A DNA stretch of 64,000 nt from Azolla caroliniana (lineage: Eukaryota; Plantae; Polypodiophyta). The notes under the pieces were generated by a model. It did no database searches, was not told the origin of the DNA, and was given only the letters and a program-made list of their open reading frames with translations. This document shows positions 1-11,640 of this stretch, one piece after another; positions within the stretch are counted from its first letter, which is position 1; each line of letters starts with the position of its first letter. The stretch spans positions 19,158,001 through 19,222,000 of the forward strand of contig JBHGNT010000014.1 of assembly GCA_043228905.1 (NCBI GenBank). Reading direction: 5' to 3'. The position numbers and the translations under genes are program-made.

Positions 1-2204
1 ATTCTTTGCACAATCATGGAGTTGAGATCGCTTCCACGTTTCCATAGTGATATATACTAATTGGTAAGAAAATCGAAGGATAGTGTTTTGTTTCGTACAA
101 TGGATTTCTTACTTGTTTTCTCGATGTGTGTGATCCAAGGGTACATGTCTTTGTCATTTGGCCTTATCATCATACCTTATAAAATATTATTCATCACATG
201 GGTATGTGTGTGAAATATCCACCATTCCAATGTCTATTGCCACCCCAAATCCTATAAAAACTACTTATCTTCATATCACACACATCATTTTTATTGAGTT
301 CATTCATGCTCCCTATGATTCATACAAGACAACTCTTTCTCACTAAATATTAAGGTTTTTGATCTAGTATACTCAAGAGGTAACTACTTACCTACTTGAG
401 TAACCTCTTTTCTTTCTTAACAACTATGTATCATTGCTTGCTTTGCAAGGATCATTGCTCTTGAGTTCAATCGTTCAGCTATATCAAAGTTTCCATGTCT
501 TGAAGCTTCTTCTTGGCTAGAGAGACCAAAGATTTATTGTTCATAAGTTTCCATTTGTATAGTCCTAATTACAGTGTATTCAATACTATGGAAGCACACC
601 AAGCCTTGATAATTAAGCCTTGGATACATAACACAGATAGCCGCATGAAAATCAACCTCAAAGTGAGGCATTTGACCTCCCTACTAGTGAGAAGGAAGGG
701 CAAAGATAAGAAAGATAATGGATTGAGTGTAATGGGCCAAGAAGAGTGTACTTACAAAATGCTCAATGATATGGAGAAAGAGGAGTTTCAAGTCAATGAA
801 GAAATTACTAGCAGTTATCTCGTAGACATCAAGGATATTGATGTCAATAACAACGAAGGTGAACAATGTAACGACATGGGGCTTACAAGCATTATCCAAA
901 GAGGCAAAGGGGCCATGAGGAACAATGGTGATAATGTGACTAAAGTGGGGTTTGATGAGAGACAAAAGGAAGAGAAAAGGGCTAACCTTCACCAAGACAA
1001 AGAAGAGACGAGCAATGTTGGTGTTGGCAAAGATATTGACATCAACAACATTGACTGTTGTGGGAAGAGAGGTAAGGTACGTAACAACATTATTCACACG
1101 AGAAAGGTGTCTAACAGCAACATAGATAGATTACAAAATTCCAAGATTAAGAATCAAAAGAAAACTCACACGAAGGTGTTAGGGTTGAAGTCTCAGAGGC
1201 GAGTTCAATGGATGATGAAGGTGAGAAAGAAAGTAAAGGTATTGAAACTTCTAATCACAACACCATGTAAAGTGTTGAGAATATTAAGAAATGGGTACGT
1301 GAGAATGATGAGAGCAATAGCCAATAAGGGTTCACATGGATTAGGGATGACCAACCAAAGCTTGACAGCTGGTGCCCTTCTCTACCCAAATAATTCAAAA
1401 GCCCAAATCACCCCATTGCCGACCTCTTTCCTCCTCGACCTAGTATGCACTAACTACAAATTATCTTCTGACTGTATGAACAATACACCATCTTTCAACA
1501 AAAAGGATATGGAGGATATGTTGAGGAGATCGTTAGCTCTTTCCCAAAAGCAAGGCCCAAAGCTTGTCCTTTGACATTGGAGAGATTGGGAAGCCAACCA
1601 AAATGTATATACACACGCTCCTTTTTCACACAAAAATATTGCAGAGAGAGTTTTCAAGTGAATTTGGCTCTCATATTTGCACAACGAGAATTATGTGTTT
1701 GTTTATTTTAAAATTTCTTTTTTGTTGTTGATAAGTGAACCAACTTACTCCTATGGTTTCTTTTTCAAACCAACTCTTCGTACCAAGCAACAACATTGTA
1801 CATATTTTTACATTGCTTTTCCATCTCAATGAAAACATTTTCAAATTGCAATTGTACATGTTTTGTTATTGTTAAACTCAACAAAAACTGAAGCAAACAC
1901 ATAACATGTAGTATCATTAGAGATAGTAAATGAAGTATTTCTTATTTGATTGTCATGACTAGGAATTTATACCACCATATAAACATGTTATAAACTTATA
2001 TTTCTTCTAATTGGGAAAAATCATTGAAACGTTTTTCCCCCTCCAAAAAAAGTCTGCTTTCCAATTAGTTAGGATCGTTTTTTACAAAAGTATACATCAT
2101 GGTGCATTCAAAGCTTTGTTATACAATTCTTTATCACAACACACCACATTATTCATTCTCCCTACCATATGTGGTATACATATTGGATTCTCTCATTCCC
2201 TTTT

Positions 2205-2397
2205 TATCTCTTTTGGAGATATTTATTGACCTTTGAGGATAGTAATACGTCCTCAAATTGTATATGTATATGCATGTGGATATGTGTATACATATACAAT
2301 AAAGGTCAATAAATATCTCTTGGAGATATTTATTGACCTTTGAGGATAGTAATACGTCCTCAAATTGTATATGTATATGCATGTGGATATGTGTATA
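2205..2397. repeat. Tandem duplication (period about 107 bp) with an inverted junction
   Basis: GGAGATATTTATTGACCTTTGAGGATAGTAATACG... occurs at 2215 and 2322. 2301-2319 is the exact reverse complement of 2323-2341. Confidence 0.85.
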
Positions 2398-3028
2398 TGT
2401 ATAGATACATATACATGGATGAGTGCGCCGTTCAAAGATTCTAGATTTGCCAATTAAAGTACTCAAGAAAATGTAACAAAAATATTTGATGTATGTATGT
2501 ATTTATATATATTTTGATGAGTGTTCCATTCAAGCAACTACATTTGATTATTAAACTATCAATTAAATGTAACAAGAAGTCTTTGATATATATATATTAT
2601 AGAGCAAAAAAAATTTGATTTTACAATTCAAGGCTAGGGCATTTACAATTGTCTTTTCAACCTAATGCGATATTGTGGATGCATACATATATGATTAGAT
2701 TGTGTATGTAAATCATCCACGTTATCCACTAGTTTGTGACATGCATGTGTACTACTAGGTGTTTAAAAAACTTCAATTTTATAGTTCACATATATGGGTA
2801 TTTAAGGATTGTCTTTTCAACCTCACACAATATTGTTAATATGTACTCAAGACATTGTGTGTGTGAATGATCCACATCATCCCTCGAGTTTATGAGAAGG
2901 TGCATACTGACAGGTGTTGCTACAAAGAAGGTGGAAATATGTATTCTATCATGGGTCACAACACATGCACAACAATAAAGTTTGACCATGCTTCTCATCT
3001 CTTATGTATCTGTTTTCATATCATTTAG

Positions 3029-3066
3029 CCATGCCACGCTATAGCGAGGGCGTTGTACTATATAGT
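3029..3066 (+). mobile_element. Possible Helitron 3' terminus (degenerate)
   Basis: GC-rich hairpin GCCACGCTATAGCGAGGGC followed a few nt later by CTATATAG/T in AT-rich DNA. This resembles the Helitron hairpin+CTRR end. No 5' end was identified. Confidence 0.35.
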
Positions 3067-3227
3067 TTAAGAGTGCCACTATGAAAATAGCTTATGTTTT
3101 TAAAAGAATTAGTGTATATATTTCTCAATTTGGAGTTTGGTCGAAAGAATTCCATGTGATGTACATGAATTTTTGCTTTTAGCTTTATCGTTTGCGAAAA
3201 ATCGTGGAATTGTTTTCCGAACTCAAG

Positions 3228-3465
3228 TCATGATTCTTTAAAACTAAATACTAAATCTTCCAATGTTTATCTTACGTATTCACTCCTAATTCATCTATAC
3301 ATACACACATAAGTGTTCTTCTCATATAAATGTCTAAGTGAACAAGAAGTCCATCCACTCACATGCAATTTCTTTAAAACTAAATCCTAAATCTTCCAAT
3401 GTTTATCTTACCTATTCACTCCTAATTCATCTATTCATACACACATAAGTGTTCTTTAAAACTAA
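3228..3465. repeat. Local tandem duplication, about 135 bp
   Basis: TTCTTTAAAACTAAAT.CTAAATCTTCCAATGTTTATCTTAC.TATTCACTCCTAATTCATCTAT repeats at about 3234 and about 3370. Confidence 0.75.
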
Positions 3466-3635
3466 ACCATTAAATAGTGGGCGAACATATTGATTAAAAC
3501 ATGACGTATTTTAATTGGAAAACATAGTTATGGTGTTGGTTGCATCAATGTAGCTTCAATCCAAATCGAGCGCAATAGTTCCAGAATCCAATGCAAGAGT
3601 GATACTCCTTGAGTTCTTAAGTAGGAAATAGCATC

Positions 3636-4110
3636 TGTCACGGATACACCAAGTGCGGACTTGGACGGAGCGCAGATGATGGGGCTACAAGCAACGGATG
3701 AACTTGGAGCTAGATGTGACGAGGCTAGGAACTGTAGATGTTATGAGCGACACGAGGGCATGAAGACAAAAATAAAGATCAAGGAGACAAATATGAGGCG
3801 AAACGAAAATACTAGATTGATATGGCAATGACTAGTGTTGACTCCCTTGAAAGGGACCAAGGAGGTTACAAGTATTTATACATGTTTTAAGATTGAATAT
3901 CTCGAGAATATACTCGAGAATATACCCGTTTAGAATATACCATAGAATAATTCTAGAATATACTAATGACTAGAATATTCTCAAATGTACTCTACAATAT
4001 ATACAAGTTCACAATCAAATGTGGACAGTTCACAAGAGTTTCTATATGGTTAACACAACACAATGTGTTATATGTGTTAAAAGTCAAAGGTTTGAGTCTA
4101 GAATGTGACA
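3636..4110 (-). repeat. 3' LTR of the outer chromovirus-derived element
   Basis: TGTCAC...GTGACA, alignable with 19018-19458. Confidence 0.9.
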
Positions 4111-4244
4111 TTATCCTCCCTCTTACGCCACCTTCCCAAACCGGTCCTTGGCTTAAGGGGATACTGTTGATGAAAATCTTAGACCATCTCCAAAGCATTT
4201 TGTAAATCCTAGACAAAGGAGTAATCCTTCCAGAAGACGAGGTA

Positions 4245-4640
4245 TTGAGCACCAATGGGCACGAGCGACCATGTGCGGTCCTCATGGGGAGCATGAACAC
4301 CAACGAGCATGAGCAACCATGTGTGGTCCTCGTTGGGAATTGGAACACGAATACCAACGGGCGTGAGGGACCATGTGTGGTCCTCACGGGGAACACCAAC
4401 GGGCACGAGAGACCATGTTGGTTCTCGCCAAGAGTTGGAACACGACCACCAACGGGCGTGAGTGACCATCTGTGGTCCTCACCAAGAACTGGAACATGAA
4501 CAACAATAAGCATGAGTGACCATGTCGATCCTCACCGGGATCTGGAACACGAACAATAGTTGGAGTGAGCGACCATGTGCGGTCCTCACCGGAGACTGGA
4601 ACACAAATACCAACAGGCGTGAGTGACCATGTGTGACCCT
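4245..4640. repeat. About 60-bp minisatellite inside the outer element (continues at 18276-18525)
   Basis: Recurring GACCATGTG.GGTCCTCAC...GGAACACGAAC.CCAACGGGCGTGAG units. The array is split by the Copia insertion. Confidence 0.9.
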
Positions 4641-5469
4641 TGTAGAAAGTAGCGTGCGGAAGCAAGTATGAAGACCGAACAGAAGGAAGAAAACTCAGGT
4701 TTAATGGAGAGCTTGAGCTTACGCAGTATACGCGGGAGAGACAGAGGGAGTGAGAGAGAGAAAACTCAAGAACTATATTCAACAAGAAGGTACTCAATCT
4801 CTATTCACAACTCTATACATATGTGTGTTCAATGAACACTTTTATACAGGTCCTAGAAGGATTGACCGAAGTACTAACAATACTTCAATGCTCATTAAGA
4901 GCTCCTACACTAACTCCCAAATATATTCCTCACGGAATATCTTTCCTAACGGCCTCCCGGTTTACGCACCGATTCGGCCCTACCTACGCACCGGTCTGCG
5001 TACCGGTTTACGCATTCGGCCTAACCGATCGGTCCCAACCGATCCGGTCCCCGGCTTCTTCAGCCGATCCGGCCGATGTTGAGCTTGTCTCTCAACACTC
5101 CCCCTCAAGCTCAACTTGAGGCTCTTCGGGATCTTCGGGCTCACAGCTCCGGTTCCTCCTAGCTTCACGCCTCGCTCGCGCTCCACGACCTGTTCGACTC
5201 CGCGCGCTTCGACCCTTCCGGTCGGCTTGTCTGCTCATGTGACCCTTATCAGCTCTTCTGTTGTTGCGGTGTTGACGCTTCTCCTGCTGCCTTTTCTTCC
5301 TCTTGGGCCTCGGTTGATTCAGCGTATCTGAATCAAACATCCGAATCGACTCGGCTACCTCCGATCGGTTTTCGCTCTCGTCCGAGTTGGTTGTCTCCAA
5401 CTTGTCTTTGGTCTTCTCGCCCTCTATGGCGTCATCTTCCCAATGCGTGGTTGGCTTAGGCTCTCTCCT

Positions 5470-7088
5470 TCAGCTGCTTCCCTTCTGTCCGCTTCCGGAT
5501 TTTTCCGCGGGTCCGCCCTCGGCTTCTTCAGCCGATCCGAAGTCGAACTCGACAACCGAGTCAACCGACTCGGTGTCGCGGTCTCCACTCCTTTCCTGCT
5601 GCCTTGTTTGGTCGTTCGGTACTGTTCTCCCCCTCAAGTTTGGCACGTCGAGGTGACGCAATCCGAGCGCACCTGAGAATTGCCGTAACTTGTCCAGACC
5701 AAGAGGCTTAGTGAAGATGTCGGCAGTCTGTCGATCCGTCGGAACGTATTGAAGTTCAACTTCACCAGAAAGGACACGCTCACGGACGAAATGGTAGTGC
5801 ACCTCAATGTGCTTTGTCTGTGCATGGAAAACGAGGTTTTTCGCGAGCTGGATGCTGTTGAGGTTGTCGCAGTAGATCGTCGTCGGATCTTACACCTCCT
5901 CTTGCAGGTCCTTAAGTAGCCGCTTCAACCATATGGCTTTGCATGTCGCGACAACCGCTCCTCGGTACTCAGCTTCGGTGCTTGACAGCGCAACTGTCGG
6001 CTGCTTCTTACTGCTCCACGCGATCGCGGCACTCCCGAGGGAGAACGCGTATCCAGACGTGGATCGACGATCGGCAGCGTTGCCAGGCCAATCAACATCG
6101 GTGTAGCCGACTAACTGCGCGGTTGCACCGGTCCGATATAGCAGTCCCCGGTCCTTAGTGCCGTTGACATACCAAAGTATGCGTTGCGCACACTGAAGGT
6201 GCTCCTCGGTAGGTCGCGCCATGAACTGACTGATCACTCCGACCGAATAATTGAGGTCGGGTCGGGTGATGGTCAAGTATATGAGGCTTCCGACAATTTG
6301 TCGGAACCTCGTCGGGTCGCATACCTTTCCCGTATCGAGACGAAGCTTGACGGTTCTGTCGAGAGGAGTCGAGACGGACTTAAAGTCAGCCATCCCGAAT
6401 TTGAAGAGCATACTCAGCACGTAATGACGTTGGCTGATCAATATGCCTTCGAGGGTACGGATCACTTCGATCCCGAGGAAGTAATGAAGGTCCCCCAGGT
6501 CCTTCATGTCGAACGATGCCGCAAGCTGGAGCTTCACGCAGTCGATTTCACCTAGGTCGGTGCCGGTGATGACCAAGTCATCAACGTATGGTAAAATACT
6601 AACCGGTCTGAATCGACCTTTCCGGATGAACAGGGAAGAGTCCGATTTTGACGTGACGAAGCCCATCCGACGCAGTTGTTGCGTGATCTTCGCGTTCCAG
6701 GCACGCGGGGCTTGCTTCAGTCCGTAAAGGGACTTCTTCAGTCGGCATACTGTCGAGGAGTTCGTTCCAGAGTGAAATCCGGGGGGTTGTACCATGTACA
6801 CCTGTTCCTCAAGGTCACCTTGCAGGAATGCATTCTTTACATCCATCTGATGTAAGTGCCACCCCTTCACCGCAGCTACTGCAAGCAAAACACAGACGGT
6901 CGTCATTTTCGCGACCGGCCCAAACGTCTCATCGTAGTCGATGCCATGTTTTTGCGCGTAGCCCTTTGCCACTAGCCGAGCCTTGTACCGGTTGACCGAG
7001 CCATCGGTGTTGTACTTGACTTTGTACACCCACCTACACCCGATCGGCTTCACACCCCTCAGTGCATCAACCAGGTCCCAGGTCTCGT
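5470..7088 (-). pseudogene. Copia RT-RNase H (3' part of the polyprotein)
   Basis: Motifs YKARLVAKG, QMDVKNAFL, SLYGLKQAPRAW, YVDD, ALSSTEAEY, ADIFTKPL. In-frame stop at 5890. Confidence 0.95.
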
Positions 7089-7294
7089 TGTCGTGAAGAT
7101 CCGTCACTACGCGCGGATCGTGAGGCGGAACCGCCGGGGTTCTGGACCAGAAGGATTTAGAGTCGTTTGGCGAGAAAGTACTTAAGAAAGATTGGGAAAG
7201 AGAGAAGATGAGATTACACGATTGATTTGATAACGAATTTCTTCTTCTTAATTTTCATAAAAAAAAACCGTGTTTTTCTCCTCCCCCTTCCCTC

Positions 7295-7301
7295 TTTTAT
7301 A
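7295..7301 (-). promoter_or_regulatory. TATA box of the Gypsy LTR (second copy in the 5' LTR at about 14103-14109)
   Basis: CTATAAAAGAGGG on the minus strand. Confidence 0.55.
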
Positions 7302-7475
7302 GATGCTCTCATGCATATGATGCATGTGAGGGTACAAGACATGCGTAAAATTGCATGTTTGCCATTTGGCGCTTAAGTATTACATGTGGTGCATGCTAAC
7401 CATGTCACTCATTTTAGCACTCATGGATGAGAATTTACATGTAAAAGTACAATGATAGAAATATAATTTCAACTA

Positions 7476-7559
7476 AATATTATGGCTTAATGGTAAGCCA
7501 TTTGACTCCTAACTTGGAGGTGCAAGGTTCGAATCCATACTTGCCCATATATTTATTTT
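7476..7559 (+). ncRNA. tRNA-derived Pol III promoter module in the Gypsy 3' LTR
   Basis: A box TGGCTTAATGG 7483-7493 within the D-arm hairpin GCTT-AATGGT-AAGC. Anticodon-loop-like CTCCTAA, perfect B box GGTTCGAATCC 7526-7536, T-run at 7556-7559. Confidence 0.7.
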
Positions 7560-8144
7560 ATCTAGTCGTCGGTTTGCCGGATACCGTCGCCGGATGCCGA
7601 TGCCGACGCCGAGTACCGGTGCCGCCGCCGAGTACCGGTGCCGCCGCCGCATGCCGACGCCGCATGCCGTCGGATCACCGGCTCCATCGCCGGTCCGGTT
7701 TTGGTTGGCCAAAACCCTTTACGAGTAGCTAGCCACCTCCACTCTAAGTTCAAGTTACCTTGAACTCTCTATGCTCCACACATAGACACAAAGATAACAT
7801 CTTTTGCTCCTCCTTATATATGATGAGAGCCGTATTTGTCGTGCCTATGTGGGATATCTCACAATTTTCTCTTTTCTTTTCACAAACTTTATACCCTCAT
7901 ATCTTGACATTTAGTTGTCCATTTCTCGTGTAATAAAGTGCATTCGAAACCTCCATCATTTTGTACTTAGATATTAAAAATGTTATCTTCACAATTATTG
8001 TATTACATGATTCATACTCGATTTTGTACGTTTTATGGGATTTTCACACTATTGCCGAAAATCTTCACGACATCCACCCCCACCAAACCGCACGTCCTCC
8101 GATACGTGCCAAGAAGAGAAGAAGTGAGATTTCGGCTACGATGA

Positions 8145-11100
8145 TCAATTAGATTCCTCCATGTCTTCATTTTCATCCGGCCTATTATGTTCATCGTCGA
8201 GGTAATCGAGGTCAGGATCCTTGTCTTGTCTTTTCTTGAAAAGCTTTACTCTTTTTCCCGCAATGGGTACGGCCAACCTTGATCCGTCTAGTTCCGCAAT
8301 GTGGTATGTGGCATTATCGTTGGCACTTGTCACTACATACGGCCCGAACCATCTTCTTGCGAACTTCCTTGTTGTACTATGTTGATTGTCAAGGGTGCTG
8401 TCGTAAACCAAAACCCAATCCCCTTCTTCAATCTTCTTGGGACGAAGTCGATGCGTGTTGTCGAACCGAACTTTGTTCTTTACTCGGGCTGCCTTCATCA
8501 TCTTTCGCGCTTTTTCTAAATCTTCAGGTCTTCTTTCAAGTTGCCTTATCCGCGCTGCTAATAACTCTTCTCGGCTCATCTCGTTCCCCCACGGTATCGC
8601 TACCCATGAGGCGATCGTCCTTTCGATGGGCATAATCGGCTTTTGTCCATACATAAGCTCCGTCGGCATATACCCTGTCACCGAGCTATGTGTCGTTCTA
8701 TCGGCCCACAAGGCATAGGGTAATAGTCGTGGCCAATTCCCGACTCGACCGTTGCATGCCCGTATGATGGCTTTAACGATAGGTCCATGCCCTCGCTCGA
8801 TCTTCCCATTTGCTTCTGGATTGTAGGCAGTCGTGAGGGAGAGCTTCACGCCTAGTCTTTCGAAGAGCTCCGTCGCTTCGTGTGCGTCCAACTCCCCTCG
8901 GTCGGCCACTATCTTCCCTACACATCCATATCGGCAAACAACATCTTCAAGTAGAAATTTGCAAACGGCTGAAGTCGTCTTATTTGTCAAGGCTCGTCCT
9001 TCCACTTGATTTGTCAAGTCTTCCCTTGCGAGCGCTAAGTACTTCATTTGTCCCACTCCCATTGGCATCGAGACCAGATCCACCATCCATTTGAAGTGAA
9101 TGGTGAGTGGGTATGTCGGCTTTAACTCATCACGATGACGTATATTTGAATATATTTGGCAAGTTTCACATGTGGACACGAAATGGAGTACATCTTTGTA
9201 CATGCTTGGCCACCAATACTTCTCCTTCAATTTTTCGAACGTCGCCCATGTTCCTCTATGACCTGCCCAAGCACTCTCATGGAATTCGGTCATCAGCGTC
9301 TCTTGCTCTTCTTTCTTTACCACCACTCGACGTGGTATTCCTGTCCTTCTTTTTGGATGTCGCCAAAGGAATCCTCCCTTCAAGAAGTACCAATAAGCTT
9401 TCTTCCGGATTCGTAGGGCCTCCTCCTTTGTCAACGAAGCATCGGTCTTCAATGTTCTTAGGAATCTGCTGATGAGTAACCATTCTCCTTCGTACTCGTT
9501 CTCGTTGAAGGCGTGGAGGGTTTGCGTGTCCTGGTCTTCCGCCGACAATCGAGCCATCTTGAAGAAGTCGAGGGCGACATCTTCATCTTCCGAAACCATG
9601 TTACTTCCATTTGAAAATCTTGCCCTTGACAGCATGTCAGCCATGGCGTTCTTCTTCCCTGCGATGTGACGGATCTCTGGGTTTAAAGACTTGATGTAGG
9701 CGATCCACCTTAGCATAGCAAGATCTGGGGTCGCACATCCCGAGACCATTCCGAGAATTGGGAGACAATCTGTCTCTATTATTACTTCTGACCCGATCAA
9801 GTAATCTTTGTCCGTCTTCACTGCCGACACAATACCCCAAAGTTCCCGCTTGACTTGGGCATATCTTTGTTGCCGTTCGCTGAGAACCTTTGCTCCGAAC
9901 CGGACGGCATATCGCGCATTATCTTCACCTTCTTGATTGATGACCCACCCGATTCCGGTTGGGCTCGTATCTACGGTCACGTAAATTGGTTTCCCTTCAG
10001 CATAGTCGGCCTTCCTTAGTGCCGGAGCTTCAAGAAGCAGTTTCTTTAATCTTCGCATCGCCTCTGTGTGCTCGTCTCGAACATTCGAACTTTATTCTTT
10101 TCTTTAGTAGTCCATATAACGGTTCAGCGACATGAGCGTAATGAGGAATCCATATATGATAAAACGCGCACGCTCCAAGGAACCTTCGAACCTCCGTTTG
10201 GTTTTCGCATTCTTCTTTCATGTCTTGGATTGCATTCACTTTGGATGGCGAGGGCTTTCGGCCATATGCTCCACACAAGTGACCTACCACCAAGATCTCC
10301 GGTTGCCCGAATGCGGATTTTTCTCCCGAAAATGTCAAATTCGCATCTTCGAGCCTTTGAAGCACCTTCTCGCAATCTTTCATATGATCCGCAACGAACT
10401 TTCTACAACCTTCCTTATCTTTCGATTCATCTTTCTCCTCATCCGAACATCCTTTTATCGGAATATCATCCAAGAATGGCATCGTGATGTCCGGAATGCA
10501 ATCCTTCAAGACTTTATTCATGGCATTCACCATATGAGCCACCGAGTTCGTTGCGCCTTGGGGTAAGGTACACATCCGCACAAGCCCGATCGGAGTCCTC
10601 ATGGTTGTAATGTCCCGACTGTCGATCGCCAACTGGAATTGGTCATATTCGGAGTAGAGATCGCCAATGGAGTAGATGGACCGGCCCGCAAACGCTTCGG
10701 CAAATTCGTCCACGCTCGGACCGATTCCGGCATTTCGAATTGTCACCTTGTTGACGGGTTGAAGATCTTGGATGAATCGCAATGATCCATTCTTCTTCGG
10801 CACCGTGAACCACCTATTGGAATAAGGAGCATTCGACGGTTCTAGAATTCCCATACTCACCTTCTCCTTTAAGAGCTTGATCAGCTTCGGAAGGTGTGCT
10901 CTCGGAACCGGTATCGGTTTCAAATTCCAAGGCACATGAGGCACCGTGAAGATCACCATTGGCTCTATAACCTTTGGGTCGGCGCATCCGATTTCTCGTG
11001 GGAAGAATGCGAAAGCCTTCCCATGTCTCTCAAGCATATCGCGAAACATTCGCTCCTCTTCATGGAGAAGGAAATCCTCCTTTCCAACTCGTAGCTTCCC

Positions 11101-11640
11101 CTTCGTCTCTTTGGTGAAGTCATGACCTATCTTCTTCGGATCTCTTAAGCTTGGATCGTTAGCGACTTCCTTCATCTTTTGCCAGCTATCTTCCGGTAGC
11201 GGAACCGCAACTGGCTTGATCTTCTTATCCACTGTTTTATATTTCGTGTTGATGTCAGCTTCCTTCATCGAGATGTCACGACGGTATTCATCGATGATAG
11301 CGTACATGTTGACGGAGTTAACCGAAATCACGCATTGGTTGTGAAGATAGCTCAAGTCCACGACGTCCTCGATTTCGCCGATGGTGTCGTTAAATGAGGC
11401 TTCTTCCATAATATGAGTCACGAACTCTCCTTCTTCTATTATGTTCTCTTCTTTCAGCATCTTCTCGAATTCTTGTATCCGGCGCTTGTGCTTCTTGTCG
11501 GGTAGTACTAGTTTACATGCGCCACTAGGTGTGACACATGTTGCTTCTGCTTGCAATCCACGCGCTCTTCTTTCTTGTGGGGTCTTGTGATTGCTCGGAC
11601 TATTTGTGCCCCATGGTTCAATAGTCCGCTCTAAAAATCC
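8145..11640 (-). CDS. Gypsy pol (RT-RNase H-integrase), entered by a -1 frameshift, with one 1-nt disruption near 10075
   Basis: RT LPQGATNS...PFLDD, RH VTVDTS...ETDC...ADMLSR, INT H-H-C-C (FHESAWAGH..CETC), DRG, ANGKIER, WFGPY. The frame is open back to 11658 and overlaps the gag-PR stop. Confidence 0.9.
11578..11640 (-). promoter_or_regulatory. Programmed -1 ribosomal frameshift cassette
   Basis: G GAU UUU UAG at 11640-11631, 5-nt spacer, 9-bp stem CGGACUAUU/AAUAGUCCG (11628-11620 with 11604-11596). Loop UGGGG (11613-11609) is complementary to CCCCA (11582-11578). Confidence 0.75.

Noticed and set aside
513-1574. 353-aa ORF as a host gene
   Set aside because: Non-ATG start, low-complexity K/N/E-rich sequence and no recognisable motif. 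It is probably decayed TE sequence and cannot be assigned.
4245-4640. CRISPR-like repeat-spacer array
   Set aside because: The apparent spacers are homologous to each other, the context is a eukaryotic LTR element and there are no cas genes. It is a minisatellite.
7085-7089. 5-bp TSD TCGTT for the Gypsy element
   Set aside because: It would remove the terminal T of the LTR. The second LTR and the 12-bp inverted repeat fix the terminus at 7089, which gives 4 bp.
7476-7548. Functional tRNA-Arg(CCT) gene
   Set aside because: The acceptor and anticodon stems do not pair. Only the D arm and the A and B boxes are retained, so it is reported as a tRNA-derived module.
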